Below, in pieces: positions 31,601-44,334 of a stretch of DNA of 64,000 nucleotides. Below the pieces are notes generated by a model, which saw nothing but the letters and a program-made list of their open reading frames with translations, made no database searches and had not been told where the DNA came from. The position numbers and the translations under genes were made by a program. The stretch is from Octopus sinensis (taxonomy: Eukaryota), in NCBI RefSeq assembly GCF_006345805.1, contig NC_043014.1, forward strand, positions 36,642,001 to 36,706,000. Direction: 5' to 3'. Positions within the stretch are counted from its first letter, which is position 1; the number at the start of each line of letters is the position of its first letter.

Positions 31601-34600
31601 ACATCTGAAGACTGAATGTAACCTGCCCCTTGCTATCGTTCGGTTGTAAACTGTGATTGTCCGGGCGGTAGATCTGGCTGAAAAGAAAATGCGTTAATAT
31701 AGAAAAAAGGTTAGAATAATATTGTTGTATTTAGGGATGGTCATTTTCTTGGACTTGATATCCGGACAGATTGCCTGACGAAAGAACTCTGGCCGAAATA
31801 AGATTAAGATTAATGTAAAAAATATATAATTTAGCCAATAAAAACACACGCACTATATATATGGTGTTCATTTGCTTCAGCTTTATATATTTTTTACATT
31901 AATCTTAATCTTATTTCGGCCAGAGTTCTTTCGTCAGGCAATCAGTCCCGATATCAAGTCCAAGAAAATTTAACGTATATAAGGAAATACTGACTGCAAT
32001 AAACAATGATAATGAACAATTAAAAAATAAGGTTAAAGCAAGTACCAACGGTGTCCAATTTACAAACATAACCATAAGACTCCAGAAAATATTGCCATTT
32101 ATAAAATAGATAAAATGAACTACATCATCTTTAAAAACTACCACCCATCTGACATGGGTCCTCCAAGACTTGATTTTAACAAGTCGATGTAAGGGGCCCC
32201 GTGTCAGAAATCACTCCACGAACAAGTGAAAAAGGGAGTACCACTGACTAAGGTAAGTCTATGTCAAGCATTCACGTTGGATGTATAAATGTGCGTAGCT
32301 TGATGTCTAGTTGGAAGCGGGATTTAGATGATGTTGTTACTACAGTAACCCGGTTGAAGGGGGCAAGAGATCTGCTCCCATTGTTTGACGGTTACGAGAG
32401 TTTCATCTCTACGTGCTGTCCTCATAGCGGGAGTGGGGTGTTGGTCCTATTAAAAAGAAAACGGGTTTCTGAGAAAAAGTTGATTTTTGCAAATCCAGAA
32501 GTTAGGCTGGTCGCCATTAGATTGGTTGCAATTTATGCATCTCAAAATACGAGGCAAACTGAGTATTATCGAAACCTTGAGATGTTTCTTGGTACATCCC
32601 TTAGTTGTGCTAAGAGACTATAACACAATCTGCGATGCATGTGTAGATTGTGTTGGCTCGTGTGTTAATAGAAGTAATGCTTGTTTCCAGGATCTACTAA
32701 GACGTTTTGAGCTGATAGATCCATGCACACTAGAATTTCCTAGCGCTCCATTGTGGACATGGGCAAATAGAGACAGATCTTCCAGGCCTTATTTAGATAG
32801 AATATTAATTAGAAAAGCAGATAAGAAGATAGCTAGGTGTCCACAGTTTCACATGGTCAGCTACAGTGATCACAAGATGGACAGCTGTAAACTCGACATA
32901 GGTAAGTTATATAGAGGTCCCGGCTACTGGAAACTTAATACGTCCCTTTTGGCGATTAAGGAGTAGAGAGACCGGATTAAGATGTTAATTCAAAGGGCAT
33001 TAACCAGATACTTTATTAAGAACAAATGGTAGCATGCCCTCAAGCGAGCCATTAAATATGAGTCCATTAGATGTAGCATATGTTTAGTGGCTAGAGAGGC
33101 TAGAAAGAAATCAGCTCTAGTCAAGGACTTTGAGGAAGCAATGCGAACTGGCTCTGCGGCTTAGCTGAAGGCCAACAGACCGGTGTTAAACTAGCACCTC
33201 GAAGCCAAACACATGGGTTGCATTTTCAGGACTAGACAACGTGCAATGGGTTACGATGGAATCAATGGTGCAGGATGGGCCCGAGTTGTGGAAGCCCAAC
33301 GTGGAAATAATGCCACAATTCGATCTTTGACGAACCAACAAGGTAAGTTGGTAGACGAACTCGAGGGGATCTGTGAGGTCTTTCAGGACCACTTCGCCTA
33401 GCTTTTCGGGGGATTCGGTGGGCTGGAGTGTAAGAAGGACGTAACGGACTTCCTCTCGGAGCAGGATGGGAGGTGTAGTGAGGGGGTGATCACGCTTGAG
33501 GAGGTAAAAGAGACCATGGCAGACTGCGACGCCGGTAAGGCGCCGGGACTGGATGGTCTACCTTATGAGCTGTATAAAAGAATGCCGGACTTGTTCGGAC
33601 ACTTATTGGAGAGTGTCTACGCGAACTGGCAACAGAATGGGCTCATCCCCAGATCTGTACACCGGGGAATGGTGACGCTCCTCAGAAAGGACCCGAATAA
33701 GGGGGATGTCATTGATAATTTTAAGCCCATCATTCTGCTCAACACAGAGCTGAAGATTTTGGCCAAAGTGTTATGGAAAAGATTGGTACGTGTCGCGGAT
33801 GGGCTGAACGAGGAAGCACAGGGAAGCACAGATTTGTGCCATCTCCGGTAGATCCATTCAGGATAATCTCTATCTTATACGATACACTACTGAGGGAATC
33901 AATAACGATTCCGGCAAGGTAGAGGCAGTGGTTCATTTAGACCAATCAAAAGCTTTTGATAGGGTTGGCCATCACTTGCTGGTGTCCGTTCTGGCACAGT
34001 TTGGCCTGGGTCTTGGATTCCTCAGGTGGATCATTCAAATGTATGACAACATTGGCTCGGTAGTTCGGGTGAACGACCTTCTTTATAGGCCGTTCCACGT
34101 CAAACGCTCGGTTCGTCAAGGATGTCCGTTCTGCATGTTTTTGCATGTGATGGCTCTTGAGGCATTGCTGCGAAAGCTGAGCTGCATTCCGAGACAGCCA
34201 GGTTGTGAGATGTTGGTTTCAGCCTACGCGGATGACATCACCATCATCGTGACCAAAATGGTTCACCTATAGAAGGTAGGCAAGGCCATTGAGGAATACG
34301 AGACAGTGACAGGAGCAAAAGTTAATCGTGAAAAATCAGTCGGCTTGCAGCTCAGCACCTGGAGAGGCAAGTCGATACCTCCTGACAGTGTCGTAGGACG
34401 TTGGACGGAGGATCCGATTAAGTTGCTAGGAGTTTGATTCGGACCAGACCTCCAAATAGAGAAGAATTGGGCCGCGGTATCGAGCAGGGTGACCCACATT
34501 GCCATGATATGGTCATGGTGGTGGCTATCTCTGAAAGGGAGGGCGGAGGTGGCCAATGCGTTTATCGCATCGGCCATCACATACCACCTAACCGTCGTGA

Positions 34601-35952
34601 CTTGTCCTGATTCGTGGTTGATCAAGCTGAAAAGACAGCCCTTCCACTTCTTTTGGCAGGGCTCGAAAATAGAGACGCCCTATTTGCTGTCAACAACAGT
34701 TAAATGGTGGGCTAGGGATGCTTTGGCTATTGATGCACAGATATAAGCTGAAGCTGAGGCACCTGTGACTCTACTTGGATGGTGAACGGGTGTGGTCTTC
34801 GCTGGCGCAACAGATGTTTCCCAGGTTCACTAGTTTCGGTGGACGGGAAACCTGGTTCAATCGGAGATCGAAGTTGGGTATACGAAGTGTCACAAGGCAC
34901 TCTTGCTTTTCCGTCGCACGGGCAATGCCTGTGGTAGTGGTTTCACCGCTGTCATTTATTGAGGGTTTGCAGAGGCGGAATGCTATGATACATTGAGGGA
35001 GATACTAGGTTTTGACGATAATCAGCTGGCCAGTCTGTTCCAACGTATATTTGAGTCGAAGACCCTGGATAATTTTCAGAAGTCTTCGGCATGTCAATGT
35101 TACCGCGGAGACTTACCTGTCCGGGATAAACTCTCAAGTAACTGTGACCGAGACACTCCGATCTGTCCAAGATGTGGGCAGGACAAGGAAACCGTCCCGC
35201 ACGCTATTGTTCAGTGCCCGGAAGTGTCTGACGTGTGGGTTTATACCGAACAACTGATATCAGGTGGAGGAATCTACAGTGAAAATTAACCCACCGGGTT
35301 TCTTACCGAAAGAAGGCAAGAATTGTTTTCTCTCTGTAGTAGCAACTGCGAGGGAGATTATATGGAGGAGAAGAATGAAAGGTGCCTTCTGGCCCTAATC
35401 TGGTGATGTTTTTAATCTTCCACCTAAAAAGGCAAATAGGGCTGGAGAGGAGATGTTTGACTGAAGACATGTTTACAAAAAAATGAAAGTATGTCGCACG
35501 AATGTTGGGCATGAAAGGCTCCGCGTGAATGCAATATGGTTTAAAAACCCAGATCAGTGGCAAGGCGGGATTCGTGGGGTCCGTTATAAACCTGACTCCA
35601 CTTCATCTGTTATGTCTTATTATGTCCTATCATCATCTGTATTATATATAATGTATTTAGAATTTTTAAAAGGACCCCAATCGCATTTCATCTAAAATCA
35701 ATCGATTTCATTGTGCTGTCCCTTCTATGTATGTCCTTATGGATAATAAAATGTTAAGAATCGTTAGCATGCCAGGCGAAATGCTTAGCAGTATTTCGTC
35801 TGTCTTTACGTTCTTAGTTCAAATTCTGCCGAGATCTATTTGCCTTTCATCCTTTCGGGGTCGATAACTTAAGTACCAGTTGCGTATTGGGGTCGATCAA
35901 ATCGACTGGCCCCCTTCCCAAAAATTTCCGGCCTTGTGCCTAGAGTAGAAAA

Positions 35953-36030
<78 letters not shown>

Positions 36031-39000
36031 TGGAAGAGAATCTCGATTATCTCCCAGTGATGATCTGTAATGCACTATATATATATATAGAGAGAGAGAT
36101 ATAGATATATATATAGATATAAGACTAAAAGCTGTCGCTGATTAGCTCCATGAGGCCATCGCCTTAAGATAGTTATTTGACACACAAACTGTGTCCATTA
36201 TAACCTTCGAACAAGGGAGGTCAGCCGCTTCACACTGCCAGTCAGACAGCTACAGACGCGTTTCAGGGTATTTGCCCTTTGTCAATGTAGCGTAGTCAGA
36301 CCCAGCAGGTGTCGCCACTGACCGTCTCTGTTCGAAGGTTTTATTTACCTAGTTTCGGTGGAATACATCCACTTGTTTTCAATAATAGAAATATTAAAAT
36401 TACTAAGTCTCTCTAAAAGAGATTACGGCAGCGTTACTGGAAATTAATTGTTATCGCCATATTAATATGGCAGTCTTATTTGCCCTTTGTCAATGTCAGA
36501 CCCAGCGATAACAATTATTTCCAGTAACGCCGAATTTAGCCATTTACATGAGTTGTTCTTATAAATTTGTTTAAATTTTACTAATTAAAATTTCTTGTCC
36601 TTCTACATCAACTATCCTAATGTCTTCTTCACACTACATAAAATGGATCAACTAGGTATTGTACAAAATAATTTATTGCTTTATAAAAGAGAGACCCAAA
36701 CGACTGTGGCTGGTGCAGAATATCTACACATAAAAACATACACATCTTTGTTTGACAATGCAGTAAAAATACACAATGCAAAATAAAACTACTGAAGATT
36801 AATAATAACGCAGGTGAATACGTGAAAAAGCCGGGTAACACTTACCTTTAAACCCTTTCGGGGATGAAGATGCTTCGGATGTTACACATGTGTAGTCTCC
36901 TACATCATTGCATTTGGGAGTGGCTTTCAAACACTTAATACTACCTACGTTACTTGTAGGTAAACTACAGTCGAAACCTTTGGTAGCTTTTATTTTTTTA
37001 TATTTGTGGTCGCTTGTGGAATATTTTATATGTACAACTGTTATTTTGTTTCGTTGGAGTTTGAAGTAAGGAAGACTTTTCACCTCATACTTGCATGTTA
37101 TTGTAATATGTCCCGTCCTTCTAATTTCAAAAACACCATCAGATGGTGTTATTTTTGAAATCGTAATAGCTAAAAGTAAACATGAATAAGAGAAACATAA
37201 ATCAGAGAAATGAGAAATACATAATTGCAGTTGTAGAACAATGGTGAAGAAGGAGAAGAAGAAGAAGAAGAAGAAGAAGAAGAAGAAGAAGAAGAAGAAG
37301 AAGAAGAAGAAGAAGAAGGAGAAGAAGAAGAAGGAGAAGAAGAAGAAGGAGAAGAAGAAGGAGAAGAAGAAGAAGAAGAAGAAGAAGAAGAAGAAGAATG
37401 AATGAAGAAGAAGAAGAAGAAAAAGAAGAAGATGAAGAAGAAGAAAAAGAAGAAGATGAAGAAGAAGAAGAAGAAGAAGAAGGAGAAGAAGAAGAAGGAG
37501 GAGGAGAAGAAGAAGACGAAGAAGAAGAAGAAGACGAAGAAAAAGAAGAAGAAGAAGAAGAAGAAGAAAAAGAAGAAAGAAGAAGAAGAAAAAGAAGAAG
37601 AAGAAGAAGAAGAAGAAGAAGAAGAAAAAGAAGAAGACGAAGAAGACGAAGACGAAGGAGAAGGAGAAGAAGAAGAAGAGGAAGAAGAAGACGACGACGA
37701 CGACGACGAAGAAGAAGAAGAAGAAGACGACGAAGAAGAAGAGAAGAAGAAGAAGAAGAAGAAGAAGAAGAAGAAGAAGAAGAGAAGAAGAAGAAGAAGA
37801 ATGAAGAAGAAGAAGAAGAAGAAGAAGAAGAAGAAGAAGAAGAAGAAGAAGAAGAAGAAGAAGAAGAAGAGAAGAAGAAGAAATGAATGAAGATAATTGT
37901 CTGTCGTAGACTTCAGAAAACGCTTCTCCAGGTTCTTGGCGAATATCCTCCACAAATAATTAGCTTATGTTGGACAAATGTATTTGTACGTTAACTCCCT
38001 CCCTCCATCAAATCGATGTTGCCTGAAAAGGTACACGCTTTACCACATAGCCGGTGTCGATGTGATGGCAGAACAACCTCAGAACAACCTCAGAATAAAT
38101 GTTTTGTTCAAGAATATAACACACCACCAGGTACAGGTATTCATACCAAGATCTCGCGATCGCGAATGGGATCACATGAGAACAAAACTAAATCAGTATA
38201 TATTCAGGAATATATACAAACAATAACATGACAGTAATCCATTGAGAAAAAAAGTATAAAACTGAGAAAAATACAGTAGAGCAGACTAAGAAAACAAAAT
38301 TTAGCACTGGAAAGTAAAATAAAATCAAAGCGGAAATAAACGAAGTATGAATTACAGAAGCAAAAATATTAAATCTGAGCAAGGAGGGTGGAAGAAGAAT
38401 AGATAAATGAAAGTGTACAGAAGAATGAATTGCAGGAAAAATGAAATGTCATGCCGACTATAAGAAATTGGTATTAGTTATCTCAACGATTATGAAGAAT
38501 CCTATGAGGTAAAATGCTCAAGGAGTATAAGAGATTCTATGTTTTTCTGGAGCTCAGATATCTATAAGTACAGTTATATCTCAACCTAACTCGCCAATTG
38601 GTTTCAAAACATAATAAGATATAAAGAATGGCGAGCGAGAAACACCGAAAAGACATTTCATACTTCAGGGACTCATTTCTAGGGATGGCAATCACTGTTC
38701 CGACCACACTGAGGGACGTGAATGGAGGAGTGTATAAGTTGCTAGCTGTTTCTAAAGCAATGGGTTAAAAAAGAAACCTATCTAGGACCGTTTCTGTTTG
38801 AAAGCTAAGTAATTAGCTCTATTTACGGAGTCATAGGTACTATTCGTTTTCTATACATTTTGGTAATTCCTTTTTACTTTAGCACTAGTTTTACCCTACT
38901 GCTATGTAAGCCTCTAGGGTACCCCTACATAAAGGAATAACCAATGAATTATTTCTCTAGCTCGTTTCCTGGCTGACTCTTTGCCATCGACATCAAGCTT

Positions 39001-39305
39001 CACACTGCAAAATGGTATGATTTTAATATATTGAGCCTTCTGGCCTCGTCTCGAAGCTCTGTTCTTTCTTGCTCTTTCCTTTTCGCTTCATTTATTTTAT
39101 TTTATTTTATTTTATGCATTTGTACTCACTCTGATTAAGTTCCATATACGAGATCGAATGTGCTATACAGAAGGCGAATATTATTTTCGAATTTTCTTTA
39201 TAAACATCGATTACATCGGCAGCCGAAACGGCCGTAAGAAATGTAATTAACCGATGTCGCTCAATTTGTTTCTTTGTCTATCAAACGTTTTCGACATTTT
39301 CTGCA

Positions 39306-39339
<34 letters not shown>

Positions 39340-39535
39340 CATACATACATACATACATACATACATACATACAAAAATATGCCTCATTTGCTCACAGTTC
39401 ATGAGAATATCTTGGTCAGATTATGACTTTACTGGCGACCAGTGTACAGGTAGCGTTACTTTAATGTAAATAAATGCGTGTTATAAGAAGTTTGCGTACC
39501 ATTAGTGTCTACAAAGTTGGTATTGTACCTATATA

Positions 39536-39593
<58 letters not shown>

Positions 39594-39835
39594 ACAGAGT
39601 GAGTATGTGTATATGTGTATGTGTGCGTGTTTGTGTTGTATATCTATATGCTTGTGTGGGTTGGATAGAGAAATAATTGAGACAGAAAAATACAGTAAGT
39701 ATGGCAACCAAAGTATGAAATCTAGAAGAGGAAGATTGAGTGTTGGAGCTGAAAAAGAGATATTAATTTCTTTAATCTTAACTTACAGGCAGACGTGTAA
39801 GAAGTCATCGTCAGTAAAATTATAGCTAGCAACAT
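25935..39835 (-). CDS. Gene B: paralogous IgSF gene (signal peptide, V-like Ig, C2-like Ig, stalk) with no recognisable TM exon; probably secreted or with a variant anchor
   Basis: Exons 39787-39835, 36846-37169 and 31379-31677 join in frame. Downstream exons at 29488-29530, 29205-29280 and 25935-26000 are inferred from splice signals conserved with gene D. Confidence 0.7.
26772..27156 (+). mobile_element. Non-autonomous Helitron-type element
   Basis: A|TC 5' end, subterminal hairpin cctgagcaacgccggg and CTAG|T 3' end; no TSD. Confidence 0.65.
27970..28857 (-). mobile_element. Two adjacent near-full-length CORE-type tRNA-derived SINEs (27970-28365 and 28425-28857)
   Basis: tRNA-like head with B-box-like ggttcagtccc, CORE-like cttgggcaagtgtcttc, internal (CA)/(TA) microsatellite, and tail ggtgctccagcatggccgcagtcaaatgactgaaacaag. 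A 3' half also lies at 61715-61885. Confidence 0.8.
29205..29280 (-). other. Gene B putative penultimate exon (76 nt)
   Basis: tag|TACTGCTG acceptor and GTAAGGAGGGTGATT donor, both conserved in gene D (61162-61244). Reading frame is ambiguous. Confidence 0.45.
29488..29530 (-). CDS. Gene B putative 43-nt stalk exon (KEAKENGMTQTKKL)
   Basis: tatatag acceptor and AG|GTAAAT donor. Position and the downstream intron are homologous to the gene D exon at 61456-61503. Open only if entered in phase 0. Confidence 0.45.
29951..30187 (+). mobile_element. tRNA-derived SINE (ggcggcgagctggcagaa family, Meta-like central domain) with 14-bp target-site duplication
   Basis: TSD ggtatgcatgaatg at 29937-29950 and 30188-30201. 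Central gcctttcatcctttcggggtcgataaattaagtaccag-like core. Confidence 0.85.
30752..31169 (+). mobile_element. Same SINE family, partial head-to-tail dimer
   Basis: Full copy to about 30982 followed by a 5'-truncated second copy. Flanked by ttaagttg(g/c)ata at 30740-30751 and 31170-31181. Confidence 0.8.
31379..31677 (-). CDS. Gene B C2-like Ig domain exon
   Basis: ttttcag acceptor, phase 1; FRCMVFV..P...IVW...KCY...LTCK. The GTGAGC donor at 31378 is homologous to the gene A donor but phase 0. Read-through reaches TAA at 31349-31351. Confidence 0.8.
31743..31969. repeat. Inverted repeat, 87-bp arms (about 2 mismatches) with a 53-bp spacer
   Basis: 31743-31829 versus 31883-31969. The left arm contains CTGACGA...GAAA. 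Confidence 0.88.
32170..35750 (+). mobile_element. L1/Tx1-clade non-LTR retrotransposon ORF2 (APE endonuclease, RT, zinc finger), inactivated; inside the V-C intron of gene B
   Basis: INVRSL, WTWAN..SSRPYLDRILI, GPGYWKLN, KAPGLDGLPYELY, LDQSKAFDRV, SVRQGCP, SAYADDITI and CPRCGQDKETVPHAIVQC motifs, split by several stops and frameshifts. AATAAA near 35745. Confidence 0.92.
36846..37169 (-). CDS. Gene B V-like Ig domain exon
   Basis: cttttag acceptor and GTAAGT donor; 324 nt, phase 1-1, open. ITCKY...GFDC...KCLK..PKCNDVGDYTC keeps the same five Cys as the gene A V exon. Confidence 0.85.
37245..37890 (+). repeat. Compound (GAA)n/(GAG)/(GAC) tract, about 0.65 kb
   Basis: Directly visible; starts about 75 nt from the gene B V-exon acceptor. 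Confidence 0.97.
39787..39835 (-). CDS. Gene B exon 1, signal peptide MLLAIILLTMTSYTSA
   Basis: ATG at 39835, 49 nt, phase-1 GTAAGT donor. Flanks align with 23270-23800. Confidence 0.8.
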
Positions 39836-40062
39836 CTTTGAAGTTCACGGTCAAGTATAAGGCAAACAGAGGAATAGTCGTCGGCTCCCAGTAACTGAAA
39901 TATAACCAAAGATATGTCAGCCTTTGATAAAATCTAGGATTAAAACAACAAAAGAATAAGGAACATTGAGAGAAAGATAGAACATCCATAAGTGTAAATA
40001 ATCGAGGAAATGAGATTTGAAGTGTGAATGAATCTGAGATTGTTCATCTCTCTATTTCTTTT

Positions 40063-40109
<47 letters not shown>

Positions 40110-40240
40110 CAATCTATCTCTTCCAAACTCTCTATGTGCTTCGGAAAATTCATAGAATGTACCGAAAGTAGTGAAATTGTTGATCTGTTGATCTCCCTCT
40201 GTCTCTCGCCTTTATTCTTTCACTTTCTTCCGTCTCTCTT

Positions 40241-40277
<37 letters not shown>

Positions 40278-40297
40278 CTCTCTCTCTCCTTCTCTCT

Positions 40298-40342
<45 letters not shown>

Positions 40343-40893
40343 ATTTCGAGAAGTTGACAAAGTAGAATGTACAAAAGAAATTTGACAGGAGGTAACAACG
40401 CGACACAGAAAGGGTGAGAGAGAGAGAGAGAGAGAGTGATACAGAGAGAAAGCGGGGAGATAGACGGAGACATACATACATACATACATACGTACGTACA
40501 TAAGATACAAGCATAACAAGTCAGATTAAATGATCTAGCAGGCAAAAAGAAATAATAACCGTTTCCAAGTGGATGTACACATAATAATGAAGATTACTAC
40601 AAAGAATAAATTTATGCCGAATTGAGGAAAAATCTACAAGTACTCCATTACGACTAAAATATTTGATTTCTCTTAATAATTATTGGAGCATTTGACTACT
40701 TGTTCTTGGTAAGCTAGGTTTCACACAAAACCAGCGAGAACACGCCTAATTAAAAGCATTCCGCCACAAGATATCAACAAAAGTACTGTTGAAATATCTA
40801 AAATAGTCATTCATGAAATACAGCATATAATAAGATCCACATAAGGAATGAGGTGTGTACATGCAAACATTGGTGCATACAAACTTTCATATA

Positions 40894-40949
<56 letters not shown>

Positions 40950-40965
40950 TATATATATATGTATG

Positions 40966-40998
<33 letters not shown>

Positions 40999-41003
<5 letters not shown>

Positions 41004-41510
41004 TGTTTGGAGATGATGTACAGGTATTATATATTAGAAGAAATGAGGTACTCAGCAGCTTCACAAAGAAGATCGTCTCATTGTAACAGCTCACCTACTG
41101 GGAAAGGCTGAAACGGCTAAGGCTCTGCTCCCTGGAGTGAAGGCGGCGGGGATATGCAGTAATGTACATCCGGAAGATCTTGGAAAGGATTGTACCTAAT
41201 TTTGACATTGAAAGCTACACAAAAGCCAGAACGAGTCGACACTGCACATTGCCAAAGATCCCAGCAATATCGTTGTACTAGTTACTGCAAAAGCGTAGGT
41301 TTCAGGGGCCTACAGCTTTCTAATAATCTCCCAAAGAGCCTGAGCGACCTACATAAAGTGGATGTAGGTGTTTTGAAATCAAAACTGGATCTCTTCCTGT
41401 CGAGAGTCCCAGATGAACCTGCCTGGCGACAGGAGGCGCAAGTGAGGGCGACGACATCAAACACCCTTATTCACCAAATGCCACATATCAGAGGAGGCTA
41501 TTAATAATAA
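40999..41510 (+). mobile_element. CR1/L2-type LINE 3' end
   Basis: SFTKKI..LTYWERLKRLRLCSLE*RR and GFRGLQLSNNLPKSL..VDVGVLKSKLDLFLSRVPDEP, followed by a taataataa tail. Confidence 0.8.
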
Positions 41511-41566
41511 GAGTGTAGCAAAACAGCTGTGCCCCAGCATGAAACTGATAATGTAAATAAATAATA

Positions 41567-41616
<50 letters not shown>

Positions 41617-41883
41617 TATATACATACATGTGTATGTGTGTGTGTGTGCAATATATACATATATATTACAGAATCGGATAGGCGCTGACACTTCTCAGTT
41701 CATCCGCCCTTTGACGGGTTTCGTTTTTCATCCCGTTTGGTGTCTAAAAACCACTTTACTTACCAAGTCAGGCTTGGTTATGTTGCCGGATTAGTCGCCA
41801 ACGGTTCGACCATGCGGCAGGTTGTACTGGGTTACATGTTACCAGTAGCACTCAAAAGTGACCTGACACTAGCTATATGTGTA

Positions 41884-42310
41884 TGTACAAGGGTTGGACA
41901 AAATGGAAACACCTAGCATCATAGCATCATAATTTTGAAATATCTATAAAACCGTCAAAAGCTTGTTTATTCTTATGGTTTTTGATTTATTATTAGTGTT
42001 GCTTAATATGTTTTGCTAAAATTGCTGTTTCTTTTCAGATATCATCAGAAAAAGGTAGTTAAAATTCATTAAAATGACAGACCTTTCAAAGAGGTCAAAT
42101 TGTTGGTGATTTTATGGCAGGCGCTAGCGTCTTGGAAGCAGCCGAAATGTTTGGTGTATCAAGACGTACTGTCTCAAAAGTAATTACATCCTTTGAGAAA
42201 GAGGGGAAAACTCCGGAAGAAAATCAACACTTTCAGATAGGGACCGTCGGACTCTTACGCGAAAAGTTCAATGAAAGCATTACATTATTTCAAAAAGGTA
42301 TTTTGAAAAC
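41884..42310 (+). mobile_element. Tc1 transposon 5' remnant
   Basis: TIR-like tacaagggttggacaaaatggaaacacc; RGQIVG.FMAGASVLEAAEMFGVSRRTVSKV HTH segment. Confidence 0.75.
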
Positions 42311-42989
42311 CTATAAGAATCAGCGAACATTAAAAATTTTATTTATTTTCATAGAAACGACATCAGCATTGCTGTATGTATTGGTATGAAGAAAAATTCT
42401 GCAAATATCTGACACAGGATAATGAAGAACTGGCACAGTCTGCTCGTTCGATTAACGTGCAAGTGGCTGAGCACTCCACAAACACTGTGTATCCTTAACG
42501 TAATGCTAAGGGAGATTCAGTGTGACACAGAGTATCACACTGACCTCTTGAAATTCTGCCAAAACATTTAGCAACGGAATCACTGTACTTGCTCTCTATT
42601 GATAATACGAATATGTTTGAATATCTAACTTGTCATTTAGGTGTATGCTTGAGGCTTATGCAGTCATCTGGTGAGAACGGTTTCTTTGTAATGATGTAAT
42701 GCTTTCATTGATTAATTAAAGGAATTCCTTGAAACAGCCATCATGAATTGACACTTATACGTCTTTATTACTCATTTATATTATACTCACCTACCCTGGA
42801 ATCTGTACTTCGATGGTATTATGGAAAGTACCTTTATGTAAAGTACATGCCTGAACAAACAAGAGCGGATTTATTCAGTATGTTAGATCGTGTTATCTGC
42901 ATCAGGTGGGGAAAAAATTCTGCATAGAGTCTAATACTCACCTGATATTGTCATTCTAACCGGGTGGCTCAATTTAAGTACCTAATTCA

Positions 42990-43006
42990 ACTGAATCTAA
43001 GTTAGC

Positions 43007-43077
<71 letters not shown>

Positions 43078-43247
43078 GAAAACAAGAGAAGGTAGAAAAT
43101 GGTAAAATAATTTCATCATTAAATAGATTTTGTAACGGTTAATACCAGTTTTTGTCTTTTCGACTTATTCAATTAAAAGTAAAACAAAGCTGGATATTAA
43201 TTAAGAAGAAATACAATTAAGCTGAAGAAAAAATGACTTAAATTTTT

Positions 43248-43281
<34 letters not shown>

Positions 43282-43364
43282 ATATATATAATATATATAT
43301 ATATATCTATATATATATATATATACATATCTGTATGTATATGTATATATTATATATATATATG

Positions 43365-43398
<34 letters not shown>

Positions 43399-43440
43399 TA
43401 GTATATATATATATGTATATATATTATGTATATATATATG

Positions 43441-43472
<32 letters not shown>

Positions 43473-43549
43473 GTATATATATATGTATATATATATATGT
43501 ATATATATGTATATATATATATGTGTATATATATGTATATATATGTATG

Positions 43550-43607
<58 letters not shown>

Positions 43608-43610
43608 ATA
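42990..43610. repeat. Large (TA)n/(TATG) microsatellite fields; many others across the window, e.g. (TG)n 6439-6570, (GATA)n/(CATA)n 46010-46260, (TA)n 55555-55770 and 56200-56300
   Basis: Directly visible. Confidence 0.95.
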
Positions 43611-44237
43611 TATCTCGCATTGAGGTAAAATTCGCAAACATGTTAAATATCTTACTGTAGCGTTTTTCTCTTAGATTTTTAGTCTAGTGTGAATTTCATT
43701 TTCCATTTTCTTCAATTCTTTTTCTGTTCGCTATAATCAAGTGCAGTTATAGAAGTAGTGATAATACGAATTCATATGGCATAGCTTTGCTTATGAATTC
43801 TCAAAACCGAACAAACAATCAAGCACTGTGTGAAAAAGTTCTCTGAAGAAAGAAAGCATCTTTAAAATATTCCAATGACCTCAATAAGATGAAAGTAGAG
43901 AAAAGGTATGGTCAATGGCAGAATACCTAAGCAAACTGCTTTAAACATGGAAACTGCAGTAAATAAACTAAGGCAACTTTTATTACGGTAAATATTATTT
44001 TGTACGCTTATGAAGATGTGTTGCAAGATTCCTGAAGTGAAACCGTGCGTTGAAACAGATATTATTGTATTTCGGGATGGTCGATCATTTTTTCTTTGGT
44101 CTTTTTCGGCAAAACAGATGAATTTCCCAAAATACAATATAATTTTGTTGTTATTCTTTAATTATCCATACAAAATAAAGGTGCTAGTGTGTGTTCCACA
44201 ATGAAAATATAGATTATACTTTTACTTTCTATGCTAC

Positions 44238-44300
<63 letters not shown>

Positions 44301-44334
44301 TATTATTATTATTATTATTATTACCATTATCATC

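Noticed and set aside
36799-37953. 384-aa ORF as a single gene
   Set aside because: The first two-thirds are microsatellite; only 36846-37169 is a real exon with its own splice sites.
39125-39240. Hammerhead-like GAAACGGCCGTA motif
   Set aside because: The upstream core is CTGATTA, about 100 nt away, and no stem I could be identified.
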